From Polyangia bacterium (GTDB lineage Bacteria; Myxococcota_A; Polyangia; Fen-1088): DNA of 55,868 bases. Within the stretch, counting starts at the first letter, position 1. Each line of letters opens with the position of its first letter. The stretch covers positions 1 to 55,868 of the forward strand of contig DASZWW010000039.1 in assembly GCA_035546175.1 (NCBI GenBank). Direction: 5' to 3'. Under the pieces are notes generated by a model. It searched no databases and was not told the origin of the DNA. It saw only the letters and a list, made by a program, of their open reading frames with translations. Position numbers and translations under genes: made by a program. Shown piece after piece: positions 34,212 through 48,933 of the stretch.

Positions 34212-36620
34212 TCAGCGGACGCCGTCCGGCAGCAGCGGGGACGGCGTCGCCGTGTACGTCACCCAGAGCTGGTGGGCGGCGCGCGTCATCGCGACGTGCA
34301 AAAGGCGGCGCGCGTCGTCGCTCTTGCCGTAGGACGACTCGTTGACGTCGAGCAGAATGACAATGTCGAACTCGAGGCCCTTCGTCTGGCGCACGTCCGT
34401 GACGTCGATGCCCGCCGTGAAGGAGAAGTCCTGGTCGGCCACCAGGCGCAGCGCGGGCACCTCGGCGCGCGCCAGGGCGTCGTAGTAGAGCATCGCCTGC
34501 TCGGGGTGGCGCGCGAGCAGGGCGACCGAGGCCTCGGGCTCGGCGCGGACGAGCTCCTTGAGCGCGTGCGACAGGAACTCGGCGCACTCGCCCGCCGACC
34601 CGAAGCCGAACGCCTCGACGGGCGCGCCCGCGCGCGGCGCCACGGGCCGCACGTCGCCCTGCAGGGGGCCGAGGACGTGCTCGGCGGCCTCGACGATCTC
34701 GCGCGTCGAGCGGTACGAGACGCGCAGGGGCTCGACGCGCTCGTGAGCGATGCCCAGGTCGTCGAGCAGCTCGGCCCAGTTCGAGAAGCCGTGCTCGGGC
34801 GCGATGGCCTGGGCCGTGTCGCCCGCGAGGGTCACGGAGCGCTGCTTGCTCGTCGTGTCGAGCAGCACGGCGAGCTCGAGGGGCGAGAAGTCCTGCACCT
34901 CGTCGACCATGAGGTGCTCGTACGCGAGCGGACCCGACGACGAGCCCTTCGGCCCCGGCAGCGGCCCGCGCTGCAGCTGGTAGATGCGCAGGAGGAGGGC
35001 GTCGTCCTCGGCGTCGAAGGCGAAGCCCTCGCCGTCGTCCTCGAGCTTGCCGCCCGTGCGCAGGCGGTCGCGCGCCACGCACCACCGGTGGACGTCGTCG
35101 AGCTGCCCGTCCGAGAAGACGCCGGGGGCGTGCTTCGCGAAGCCGGCGCGCAGGGCCTCGCGATCGGTGAGGAGCGACGCCCACTCGCCCGTCACGTCGC
35201 GGGTGCGCGCGCGGAGGGCGCGGCCGACGTTCTCGAGCGCCGTGCGGGCCGAGGGCTCGAGCGCGGCGTCGCGCACCCAGGTCGCGAAGACGGTGACGCG
35301 CTGGTCGACGGGGCCGCCCGGCACGGCGGCGTCCCACGCGGCGAGGGCGGCGCCGGCCGAGCCGCGGGCGGCGGGCTCGTCGGCGAGCCGCTCGAGCTGT
35401 CCGCGGCACCAGGCCGCGAGCGCCACCTGCCGATCGAGGAGGATCTTGAGCATCGCGCCGTGCGCCTTCGCGCGCATCACGACGGGCGGCGTCTCGTCGG
35501 TGATCGGCGCCTCGAGCAGCGGCAGCGCGGCCTTGCGCGTCTCCGTGGCCCAGGCCGCGAAGGTCATGACGGGCACGCCCTCGACGTCGAGCGCGGGCAG
35601 GACGCGCGAGACGTACGCCGCGAGCGCGCGCTGGTACACGACGATGAGCATCCGCTCGGGGCGGAAGCGGCGCGGATCGGCGAAGGCCAGGTAGGCGATG
35701 CGGTGCAGGCCGATCGTCGTCTTGCCGCTGCCGGCCGAGCCCTGCACGGCGATGAGGCCGGAGGCCGGGTGCGTGATGAGCTCGAACTGGCGCGGATCGA
35801 TCAGCGCCGCGATGGCGGGCAGGTGGCGGTCGGGCCGCCGCTGCCCGCTCTCGTCGAGGCCGAGCCTGCCGCGCACGGCGGAGGCCGCGGGCGCGGCGCC
35901 CTTCGCGGGGCGGGTGGGGATGAGCGTCGCGGCGCTGCCGTCGCGGGCGATCTGGAGCTTCGCCTGCTGGGTCGCGACCTGGCGCCAGGCGCCGGTGCGA
36001 AAGTCGCGGCTGAACGTGCCCTGCGGCGCCGCGACCCGGCGCAGCTCGGCGTCGACGATCGCGACCGTCCGGCGCGCGAGCACCTCGCCCTCGACGAGCC
36101 TGTCGCCGAGGCGCTCCTCGTAGGCGTCGCCCTCCTCGTAGCGGTAGAAGAGCCGCGACACGGGGGCGTTGCGCCAGTCGACGATCTGGACGCCGCCGCC
36201 CGGCTCGACGTAGCTGCGCGCGCCGATGAGCACGTCCCGCCGCTTGCCGCCCTCCTCGAGGCGCAAGTGCCCGAAGTAGGGCGACTTGCGATCGACGGGC
36301 GGGCTGTCGCCCTTCCCGCGCTGGCGCGAGAGGGCCTCGATCCGGTGCATCTGCTCGAGGATCGATCCCTGGTCCTCCGGCTTCGCCGTGGCCAGCTGGT
36401 CGCGCAGCTCGATGAGCGAGCTCGCGTCGTCCACGGGCGCGCGGGCCTTGCGCGGCGCCGCGGCGTCCAGCTTGCGCAGCACGACGGTCAGGAGCTGCTG
36501 CTCCTCGGCGACGATGGGGAACTCGGCCCCCGACGCGGCGTCGGGCGGGAGCGCGGCCTCGGGCGAGGGGTCTGCCGTCGACGGAATGTCGTTCTGCGGA
36601 TCCAAGAGATCGGTCAGCAT
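34212..36620 (-). CDS. UvrD-superfamily ATPase of the HelD / helicase IV type
   Basis: Walker A GSAGSGKTTIGLHRIAYL, DEVQDF, VSYRSTREI, TKGLEFD and HVAMTRAAHQLW. The N-terminal VDWRNAPVSRLFYRY block is typical of RNA-polymerase-associated HelD-like proteins. Start at ATG 36620 (36659 is the alternative). Confidence 0.75.
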   Translation of the reverse strand: MLTDLLDPQNDIPSTADPSPEAALPPDAASGAEFPIVAEEQQLLTVVLRKLDAAAPRKARAPVDDASSLIELRDQLATAKPEDQGSILEQMHRIEALSRQRGKGDSPPVDRKSPYFGHLRLEEGGKRRDVLIGARSYVEPGGGVQIVDWRNAPVSRLFYRYEEGDAYEERLGDRLVEGEVLARRTVAIVDAELRRVAAPQGTFSRDFRTGAWRQVATQQAKLQIARDGSAATLIPTRPAKGAAPAASAVRGRLGLDESGQRRPDRHLPAIAALIDPRQFELITHPASGLIAVQGSAGSGKTTIGLHRIAYLAFADPRRFRPERMLIVVYQRALAAYVSRVLPALDVEGVPVMTFAAWATETRKAALPLLEAPITDETPPVVMRAKAHGAMLKILLDRQVALAAWCRGQLERLADEPAARGSAGAALAAWDAAVPGGPVDQRVTVFATWVRDAALEPSARTALENVGRALRARTRDVTGEWASLLTDREALRAGFAKHAPGVFSDGQLDDVHRWCVARDRLRTGGKLEDDGEGFAFDAEDDALLLRIYQLQRGPLPGPKGSSSGPLAYEHLMVDEVQDFSPLELAVLLDTTSKQRSVTLAGDTAQAIAPEHGFSNWAELLDDLGIAHERVEPLRVSYRSTREIVEAAEHVLGPLQGDVRPVAPRAGAPVEAFGFGSAGECAEFLSHALKELVRAEPEASVALLARHPEQAMLYYDALARAEVPALRLVADQDFSFTAGIDVTDVRQTKGLEFDIVILLDVNESSYGKSDDARRLLHVAMTRAAHQLWVTYTATPSPLLPDGVR

Positions 36621-36775
36621 AATGGCGGTCGATCGCGATGTCACCTGGGTTGTCCGCACCCGTTTTTCCGGGTGTCCATCCAGGCGGCGGCGGTGGCCGA
36701 CAGGGACGTGACGACGAGCGCGGGCGCCGGCGAAACTCCGACTGCTTCGAGCCGTTCTGGGTTACGGTTTTCGCG

Positions 36776-37411
36776 GTGAAGGGCCTCCTCCTGTCGCTGG
36801 CGACGGCGGCGCTCGTCGTGGGCGCCGTGTACCTGCTGAAGCTGAGCGAGCCCGAGGCCGTTCCCTCCGGCGCGCCGCCGGGCGAGGCCCGAATCCGCGG
36901 GGAGGAGCCGTCCGCCGGCGCGGGCGCGGCGGGCGCGGCGCGTGAAGGCGCGGAGGGCTCGCTTCGCGATCGACTCCTGCGCACCTCGGCGAAGGAGGCG
37001 GGCGTCGAGCCGGTGCGCGGCGTGTGGGGCGTCGTCATGGAGCGCGGGTACCCCAAGGGCGTGGCGACGGTGATCGCGCTCGCCGACGGGACCGCGAGCC
37101 TGCACCTCAGCAACGGGGGCTCCGTCCTCGGCGGCAGGGAGTACCCGCCGGCGCGCATGGCGGCGCGGACGCTCTGCGAGCGGGCGGCGGACTCGCTCGG
37201 CGGGATGGTCGCGGCCCAGGAGTTCCCGAGGCCGGCGGAGAAGCGCGTGCGGTTCTACGTGCTCACGACCGACGGCGTGCGGGCCGCCGAGGGTGATCTG
37301 CTCGCCCACCTGCGCGACGGAGGGCGCGATCCGCTCGAGGGCCTCATGGGCGCGGGGGACGCGGTCGTCGAGGCGCTCAAGGACGCCACGAACAAGGGGT
37401 TGTTGCGGTAG
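36776..37411 (+). CDS. Membrane-anchored hypothetical protein
   Basis: In-frame GTG 36776 precedes a TM helix (LLLSLATAALVVGAVYLL). The remainder has ordinary composition (GYPKGVATVIALADGTASLHLSNGG). No family recognised. Confidence 0.5.
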   Translation: MKGLLLSLATAALVVGAVYLLKLSEPEAVPSGAPPGEARIRGEEPSAGAGAAGAAREGAEGSLRDRLLRTSAKEAGVEPVRGVWGVVMERGYPKGVATVIALADGTASLHLSNGGSVLGGREYPPARMAARTLCERAADSLGGMVAAQEFPRPAEKRVRFYVLTTDGVRAAEGDLLAHLRDGGRDPLEGLMGAGDAVVEALKDATNKGLLR

Positions 37412-37423
37412 GCCAGGGTGAGC

Positions 37424-41154
<3,731 letters not shown>

Positions 41155-41158
<4 letters not shown>

Positions 41159-42114
41159 GACTTCTTCCTGTCGGAGGTGAGGGTCGCGAACGCCGTCACG
41201 ACCTGAAAATAAGGCGCGCGGCGCTCGCGGGAGGTGATCTCGCAGGCCTCGACCGTGAGCCCGGCCTTGCCGAGGAGGCGCTGCAGCGCCGCCGGCGCGA
41301 AACCGGGATGCAGGTGCCCGTAGGCCGACGTGACGTCCAGGTGGTCGTGCTCGGCGAGCGACACGAGGGCGAGCCGCCCGCCCGGCCGCAGCACGCGCGC
41401 GGCCTCGCCGAGCGCGGCGCCCGGCTGCTTGAGGAACGGCAGCACGTTCAGCAGCAGCACCTGGTCGAACGACGCGCGCGCGAAGGGCAGGTCGTGCGCG
41501 TCGGCCACCTCGCACCGCGCGTTCGGGTGGCCGGCCAGGCGCCCGCGCGCGGCGTCGACCAGCTTCTCGCTGACGTCGACGCAGGTGATGGTGCGCGCGC
41601 GCGGCGCGAGCAGCTGCGCCGTCGCCCCGTCGCCCGCGCCCACGTCGAGCACGTCGCCGAGCGCGAGCAGGCCGATGACGCCGCCCGCGAGCGCCTCCCA
41701 GGTCCGTCCCGGCGAGTAGTGCCGCTCCATCTCGCCGGCGATCGACTCGGGCCAGCCCGCGCCCGACTTCTTCGCGCTGCGCGCGCGGAGCTGCGCCGCG
41801 CAGCGCTGCTTGTCCGCCGCGAGCTGCGCGTCGTCGAGCGCGCCGGAGACGAGCTCCCAGAGCTTGCGGGCTTGGCCCGGCATCTCGCCGTTGGCGAGGC
41901 TGTAGAACGTCGACCCGCCGACGCGCTTGTCGCGCACGAGGCCCGCCTCGCGCAGCTTCCCGAGGTGGGTCGACACGCGCGACTGCCCGAGCTCGGTGAT
42001 GCTCGTCAGCTCGTTGACCGTCAGCTCGTGCTCGGCGAGCAACGCCAGCAGGCGCACGCGCGACGGCTCGGCCAGCAGGCCCAGCAGGTTCGTCGTCGCG
42101 CCGAGGGTTTCCAT
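41155..42114 (-). CDS. ArsR-family HTH fused to class I SAM-dependent methyltransferase domain
   Basis: ArsR wHTH ([48 protein letters not shown]) plus a SAM motif ([12 protein letters not shown]; [10 protein letters not shown]). The stop overlaps the metH start (ATGA). Confidence 0.85.
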
Positions 42115-42216
42115 ATCCGCGTATCCTGATTAATCGATAGCATGGCAGCGGGGCCGCGGCAAGGCCCGGGCGAGGATCCTCGCGATCCGATCGCCCTCGA
42201 GCCTCGTACTGCCGGC

Positions 42217-42603
42217 ATGCCTCACACGAACGAGACGCTGCTCCGGCAGGCCTACGACCTCTTCGCCCGCGGCGACGTGCCGGGGTTCCTCGCGCTGTGC
42301 GCCCCCGACATCCGCTTCAAGGTGCCGGGGCACAACCGGCTCTCGGGCGAGCACACCGTCGGCGCCTTCCTGGACGTCCTGGGGCCGGCGATGCAGGTCA
42401 CCGGCAACACCTTCCGCGAGAGGGTCGTCTACCTCGCGGCGAACGACACCGACGGCTTCGTCCTGGCGGCGCAGAAGCTCGAGCGCGACGGCAAGCTCTA
42501 CGAGTGGAACGCCGCCCATCACTGGCGCATCGCCGGCGGCAAGCTCACGCAGTTCTGGGAGTTCGTCGACGACGAGCGGACCTACGACGCCGCCTGGCGG
42601 TAG
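42217..42603 (+). CDS. SnoaL/NTF2-like small protein
   Basis: ATG 42217 ([34 protein letters not shown]...[14 protein letters not shown]). Pattern is that of ketosteroid-isomerase-like NTF2 folds. Confidence 0.65.
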   Translation: MPHTNETLLRQAYDLFARGDVPGFLALCAPDIRFKVPGHNRLSGEHTVGAFLDVLGPAMQVTGNTFRERVVYLAANDTDGFVLAAQKLERDGKLYEWNAAHHWRIAGGKLTQFWEFVDDERTYDAAWR

Positions 42604-42611
42604 CTCGGCGC

Positions 42612-44015
<1,404 letters not shown>

Positions 44016-44092
44016 GAACCGGCGATCTATAGCGCGAAACGCGCCGGATTTGGCGGTTGCCGCGGGCGCCGCCTGGGACGATCATCCGGCGC

Positions 44093-44905
44093 ATGCGACG
44101 CTCCCAGACGCGGTCGGGCGCCCTCGCGCTCGCGACGCTCGGCGCGGCCCTCGGGGTCGGGCTCCGCGCGCCGCGCGCCGTGGCGGCTCCCGAGTTCATC
44201 TACCGGCAGCTCACGCTCCCGCGCGGCGACGTCTCGCTCGATCTGGGCCTCGGCTTCGGTCACCAGCCGGACCCGGCGGGCGGCTCGTTCGACGGCCTCG
44301 GCATGAACCTCGAGATCGCGGGCGGCGTCACGCACGACCTCGAGCTCGGCTTCCGCACCGGCTTCCGCTTCGACGACGACGGCCAGGTCACGAAGGCCGA
44401 CAGCTACGGCCGGCCCTTCGAGACCGAGACCTACGGCACCGACCACGATCGCATGGCCAACCCCGAGCTGCGCATGCGCTGGACGGTCGCGCGCGGCGCG
44501 AACGTGCTGCTCGGCCTCGGGACGCGCGCTTACCTGCCCATCGAGGCCGGCTCGCGCTTCGGGCTCATGTTCGAGATGCCGGTGGCCTTCCGCCTGGGCA
44601 CCGTCCGCATCGACACGGGGCTCTACGTGCCGGTCATCTTCACGAAGCCGGACACGACGACCGTCATCAGCATCCCCGTACACCTGTGGATCCAGGCCTC
44701 GTCGACCTTCTGGCTCGGCCCGCTCTTCGGCCTGCGCATCGAGAACCCCGGTGGACGCGACGCCTACCCGCTGGGGTTCGGGCTCGGCTCGGCGCTGAGC
44801 CGCGCCATCGACCTGCGCGCCTGGTTCCTCTTCCCCGACATCAGCCAGGACGAGGGGGCCCGGACCTTCGGCCTGGGCGTGGCGCTGCAGATCCGCTTCG
44901 AATAG
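44093..44905 (+). CDS. Exported beta-rich hypothetical protein (possible OM barrel)
   Basis: ATG 44093 with a signal peptide (ALALATLGAALGV...AVAAPE). Alternating-residue strands and a C-terminal LGVALQIRFE. No family recognised. Confidence 0.55.
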   Translation: MRRSQTRSGALALATLGAALGVGLRAPRAVAAPEFIYRQLTLPRGDVSLDLGLGFGHQPDPAGGSFDGLGMNLEIAGGVTHDLELGFRTGFRFDDDGQVTKADSYGRPFETETYGTDHDRMANPELRMRWTVARGANVLLGLGTRAYLPIEAGSRFGLMFEMPVAFRLGTVRIDTGLYVPVIFTKPDTTTVISIPVHLWIQASSTFWLGPLFGLRIENPGGRDAYPLGFGLGSALSRAIDLRAWFLFPDISQDEGARTFGLGVALQIRFE

Positions 44906-44986
44906 CGCCGAGTCGGCGCGGCGTCCATCGGGTGTCGTCCCGGTTTGAGCGGCGCGCGCCCGGACTTGGATGTATTGTCCTGCGCG

Positions 44987-46996
44987 ATGGGGGTCGAGTC
45001 AGAGGGGGCCGGGGGCGGCCTGCACGGCGCGAGCGCCGATGGCCGCGGCGTGGGCGGACCGGACGGCGCGGGCGGGCGCGACGGCGCGGGCGGCGGCCGT
45101 GACGACGCCAGCGCCGCCGAGCGGCTCGATCTGTTCTTCGACCTGTCGCCCGACCTGATGTGCATCGCCGGCCTCGACGGCAGGTTCCGGCGCCTCAACC
45201 GCGCGTGGGAGCGCACGCTCGGGTATCCGCTGGAGGGGCTCTACGCGATGAGCTGGACGGACCTCGTCCACCCCGACGACCAGGCGCGGTCGATCGCCGC
45301 CGCGCGCCGCGGTTACGAGGCGGGGACCATGTTCCTCGAGAACCGGCTCCGTCACCGCGACGGCTCGTACCGCTGGCTCGAGTGGAGCGCCATCCGCGCC
45401 CCCGACGTCCCCATGGTCTGCGCCGTCGCGCGCGACGTCACCGAGCGGCGGCTCGAGCAGGAGCGGCTGCGCGCGAGCGAGGCCTACAAGACGGCCGTGC
45501 ACGAGGCCTCGACCGACGCGATCGTCGCCCTGAGCGAGGACGGGCGGGTGGTCGACTTCAACGCCGCGGCGGAGCGCTCCTACGGCTACCGCGCCGATCA
45601 GGTCGTCGGCACGCCGTTCGCCGAGGTGGCCGTGCCGGTCGAGGGGCGGGCGGCGTTCAAGGCGGACCTGGCGCGGTGGGGCAAGGTCGAGGGGCGCATC
45701 GTCGCCTTTCGCCGCGAGCACGTCGGCCTGCGCGCCGACGGGTCGCGCTTCCCGTTCGAGCTGACCGCCACGCGCCTCGACGCCGGCCTCGCCTCGTACG
45801 CGGCGTTCATCCGCGACCTCACGGAGGTCAAGCGCGCCGACGAGGAGCGGCGCAGCCTCGAGGATCAGCTGCGGCAGGCGCAGAAGATGGAGGCCGTGGG
45901 GCGCCTGGCGGGCAACGTCGCGCACGACTTCCACGACCTGCTCGGCGCGATCGCCGGCTTCTCGGACGTGGCCGAGTCGGTGCAGGCGGCGGGCCCGGCG
46001 CGGGAGCGCCTCGAGCAGGTCAAGCGGGCCACCGAGCGGGCCGTGAGCGTCGTCGACCGGCTCCTGGCGTTCGGGCGGCGCAAGGCGCTGTCGCCGAAGG
46101 TGCTCGACGCCAACGCGCTCATCGCCGAGCTCGAGCACCTCGTCGTCGGCCTCATGCGCGACGACGTCTCGCTGCAGCTCGTCCTCGACGACCGCGCCGC
46201 GCTCGTCAAGGCCGACCCCGCCCAGCTCCAGCAGTCCCTCCTCAACCTGGTCGTCAACGCGCGCGAGGCCATGCCGGTCGGCGGGAGGCTGCGCATCACG
46301 ACGGCGAACCTCGATCTCGAGGCCGCGAGCCTGCCCCCGGGCGTCGACGCCGCGCCCGGGCCTTACGTGCGCGTCACCGTCGAGGACAACGGCATCGGCA
46401 TGACCCGCGAGGTCTCGTCGCGCGCGTTCGAGCCGTTCTTCACCACGAAGCAAGCCACGGGCGCGTCGGGGCTGGGGCTCTCGACGGTGTACGGCATCGT
46501 CACGCAGAGCGGTGGCTTCGTCCGCGTCGAGTCGGCGCCCAACCGCGGGACGCTGGTGCACCTGTTCCTGCCCGCCGTCGACGTGGGGCTCGAGCCCTCC
46601 GCGCGCCCGCCCGCCCCGGCGGCCACGGTCCTGCTCGTCGAGGACGAGGAGGCCGTGCGCCAGCTCGTGCGCCGCATCCTCGAGGGGCGCGGCTACAAGG
46701 TGCTCCTCGCGCGCCACGGCGGCGAGGCGCTCGAGCTCATCCACCAGACCGACCTTCCGATCCACCTCCTGCTGACGGACGCCGTCATGCCGGTGCTGAG
46801 CGGCCCCGAGCTGCTCCGGCGGGCCATCGCGCTGCGCCCGCAGATGAAGCTGGCCATCATGTCGGGCTACACGGACCGCCCCGCCGTGACGGGAGTGCCG
46901 TTCATTGGCAAGCCGTTCACGCCGGCCGAGCTCGAGCGCCGCGTGCGCGAGATCCTGGACGCGCCCACGCCGGAGCAGCATCCTACGCACCGATGA
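44987..46996 (+). CDS. Hybrid PAS-PAS histidine kinase with C-terminal receiver
   Basis: Two PAS-like blocks, H-box VAHDFHDLLGAI, N/G boxes NLVVNAREAM, DNGIGM and GLGLSTVYGIV, and REC (LLVEDEEAVR ... LLLTDAVMP). ATG 44987 (TTG 44945 in the track). Confidence 0.85.
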   Translation: MGVESEGAGGGLHGASADGRGVGGPDGAGGRDGAGGGRDDASAAERLDLFFDLSPDLMCIAGLDGRFRRLNRAWERTLGYPLEGLYAMSWTDLVHPDDQARSIAAARRGYEAGTMFLENRLRHRDGSYRWLEWSAIRAPDVPMVCAVARDVTERRLEQERLRASEAYKTAVHEASTDAIVALSEDGRVVDFNAAAERSYGYRADQVVGTPFAEVAVPVEGRAAFKADLARWGKVEGRIVAFRREHVGLRADGSRFPFELTATRLDAGLASYAAFIRDLTEVKRADEERRSLEDQLRQAQKMEAVGRLAGNVAHDFHDLLGAIAGFSDVAESVQAAGPARERLEQVKRATERAVSVVDRLLAFGRRKALSPKVLDANALIAELEHLVVGLMRDDVSLQLVLDDRAALVKADPAQLQQSLLNLVVNAREAMPVGGRLRITTANLDLEAASLPPGVDAAPGPYVRVTVEDNGIGMTREVSSRAFEPFFTTKQATGASGLGLSTVYGIVTQSGGFVRVESAPNRGTLVHLFLPAVDVGLEPSARPPAPAATVLLVEDEEAVRQLVRRILEGRGYKVLLARHGGEALELIHQTDLPIHLLLTDAVMPVLSGPELLRRAIALRPQMKLAIMSGYTDRPAVTGVPFIGKPFTPAELERRVREILDAPTPEQHPTHR

Positions 46997-47532
46997 CGGC
47001 CGCCCCCGAAGACGCCGAGCCAGCCCGCGCGAGGGAGCTCATCGCGCGCCTCGGCCTGGCGCCGCACCCCGAGCGCGGCTACTTCGTCGAGACGTACCGC
47101 GCGCCGCTCGCGGTCGATGGCGCCGGGGGCGCGCCCCTGCCGCACGGCGCGCCGCGGTCCGCGAGCACGGCCATCTACTTCCTCGTGACGCGCGCGCAGC
47201 CCACGACCTTCCTTCACCGGCTGCGCTCCGACGAGCTCTTCCACCTCTACGAGGGCGGCCCGCTCGACGTGCTCCTGCTGCGCGACGGCGGCCCCGGCGC
47301 GCTCGCCCGCCTCGGCACCGACCTCGCCGCGGGCGAGCGCCCGCAGCTCGTCATCCCGGCCGGCACGTGGTTCGCCGTCGAGCTGCCGGCCCCGGCGACG
47401 CACTGCCTGTTCGGCTGCACGGTCGCGCCGGGCTTCGACTTCGCGGACTTCGAGCTCGCCGCCGGCCCCGAGCTGGCCGCGCGCTTCCCCGCTCACGCCG
47501 CCCGCATCGCCAAGATGACGCGAAGAAAATGA
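46993..47532 (+). CDS. Cupin-fold protein (DUF985-like)
   Basis: ATG 46993 overlaps the kinase stop (ATGA). HPERGYFVETYR, STAIYFL, LHRLRSDELFHLYEGG and GCTVAPGFDFADFEL. Confidence 0.7.
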   Translation: MTAAPEDAEPARARELIARLGLAPHPERGYFVETYRAPLAVDGAGGAPLPHGAPRSASTAIYFLVTRAQPTTFLHRLRSDELFHLYEGGPLDVLLLRDGGPGALARLGTDLAAGERPQLVIPAGTWFAVELPAPATHCLFGCTVAPGFDFADFELAAGPELAARFPAHAARIAKMTRRK

Positions 47533-47565
47533 CGCGACGAAGATGACGCGACGAAGGTGACGCGG
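47515..47565. repeat. About 3.5 tandem copies of a 14-nt unit ATGACGCGACGAAG
   Basis: Copies are ATGACGCGAAGAAA (47515), ATGACGCGACGAAG (47529), ATGACGCGACGAAG (47543) and GTGACGCG (47557). Spans the cupin stop codon (47530-47532) and the convergent spacer. Confidence 0.8.
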
Positions 47566-47572
47566 CCCTGAG

Positions 47573-48334
47573 CTAGTCCCGCCGGCGCTGCTGGCCGAAG
47601 AACCGGAGCAGCAGGATGAACAGGTTGATGAAGTCGAGGTACATCGTGAGCGCGCCCATGAGCGCGAGCTTCCGGGCGCCCTCCCCGCGGAGGTCACTCG
47701 TGGCCGCGAGCTGCTTGAGGCGCGCGCTGTCGTAGGCCGTCAGGCCCGCGAAGACGACGACGCCCGCGAAGGTGGTGAGCCAGTAGAGGGCCGGGCTGTG
47801 CAGGAAGAAGCCCACGACCGAAGCGAGGATCACGCCGATGAGCCCCATGAAAAGGAAGCTCCGCCAGGGTCCGAGGTCCCGCTTGGTGAGCATCCCGTAG
47901 GCCGCCAGACCCCCGAAGGCGCCGGCCGTGACCAGGAACGTGCCGGCGATGGAGGCGCCCGTGTACACGAGGAAGATGGCCGCGAACGTCACGCCCGTCA
48001 GCGCGGCGTAGACGAAGAACATGGCGGCCAGCGCCCCTTCGCTCACCCGGCGCGCGAGGCCCTGGAAGGCGAACACCGTCACGAGCTGGGCGATGACGAC
48101 GGCGCCGATCATGAACGGGTTGCCCAGGAAGAACCGCGTCAGCGACTCGCTCGCCGAGATGATGAGCGCCACGATGCCCGTCACGCCCAGGCCGCACCCC
48201 ATGAGCTGGTAGACGTGGGTCAGGAACCGCTGAGCCACGGCGTCGGGCAACGCGCCGGCGCTCGGATATCCGGCGAAGCCACTCCCCACGTTCACCCGCT
48301 GATTGTCTCGCGCGATCCAGGCCATACGATCCAT
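47573..48334 (-). CDS. Bax-inhibitor-1 / YccA-family membrane protein
   Basis: FLTHVYQLM, seven hydrophobic segments, and a C-terminal basic tail after LDFINLFILLLRFFG. Confidence 0.85.
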   Translation of the reverse strand: MDRMAWIARDNQRVNVGSGFAGYPSAGALPDAVAQRFLTHVYQLMGCGLGVTGIVALIISASESLTRFFLGNPFMIGAVVIAQLVTVFAFQGLARRVSEGALAAMFFVYAALTGVTFAAIFLVYTGASIAGTFLVTAGAFGGLAAYGMLTKRDLGPWRSFLFMGLIGVILASVVGFFLHSPALYWLTTFAGVVVFAGLTAYDSARLKQLAATSDLRGEGARKLALMGALTMYLDFINLFILLLRFFGQQRRRD

Positions 48335-48396
48335 CTAGCACGGCGCGAGCCCCCACGCACGACGACGCCGGCCGCTTGCGCGACGGGAAAAGAGGC

Positions 48397-48879
48397 TCAG
48401 TACGGCGTGCCGTCCTTGTGGAACATGCCCCACACACCGGGCTCGACCATGACGGCCTTGAGGTCGTCGCGCGGGTAGGAGCCCTCGTCGCCGGGCGTTC
48501 GGTCGCCGACCTCCAGGTAGACGACGTCCTCCTTCGTGCGGTTGACGAGCTGATGGGCCGTGCCGCCTGCCGGGAAGCCGGCGCACATGCCGGGGGCGAG
48601 CTCGGTCTCGCCCGAGTCGGTGACCAGCGTGGGGCGGCCTTCGAGGATGTAGACCAGCTCGTCCTGCTTGCTGTGACGATGGAAGAGCGCCGACTCGACG
48701 CCGGGCGGCAGCCGCGTGAGGTTGATCCCGAAGTTCTGGAGGCCGAAGAGGTCGCCGAGCGGGTGCTTGACGCGGCCGGCGACGCGCGCCGCGAACACGG
48801 GCGGGTACGCGCTGGGCTTCGTGCGCGGCGGGGCCTCGGCGGCGACGATGGCGACGGGGACGCGGCTCTTGTCGGTCAT
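48397..48879 (-). CDS. Cupin domain protein
   Basis: Uses internal ATG 48879 (MTDKSRVPV...). HRHSKQDELVYILEG and the GTAHQLVN cupin motifs. The upstream part of ORF 48397..49383 is antisense to the carbonic anhydrase gene. Confidence 0.7.
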   Translation of the reverse strand: MTDKSRVPVAIVAAEAPPRTKPSAYPPVFAARVAGRVKHPLGDLFGLQNFGINLTRLPPGVESALFHRHSKQDELVYILEGRPTLVTDSGETELAPGMCAGFPAGGTAHQLVNRTKEDVVYLEVGDRTPGDEGSYPRDDLKAVMVEPGVWGMFHKDGTPY

Positions 48880-48933
48880 GTCCCGGAGCGTACCGCGCCT
48901 GTGATAACGTCGCCCCTCCATCCGAGCCGAGCC

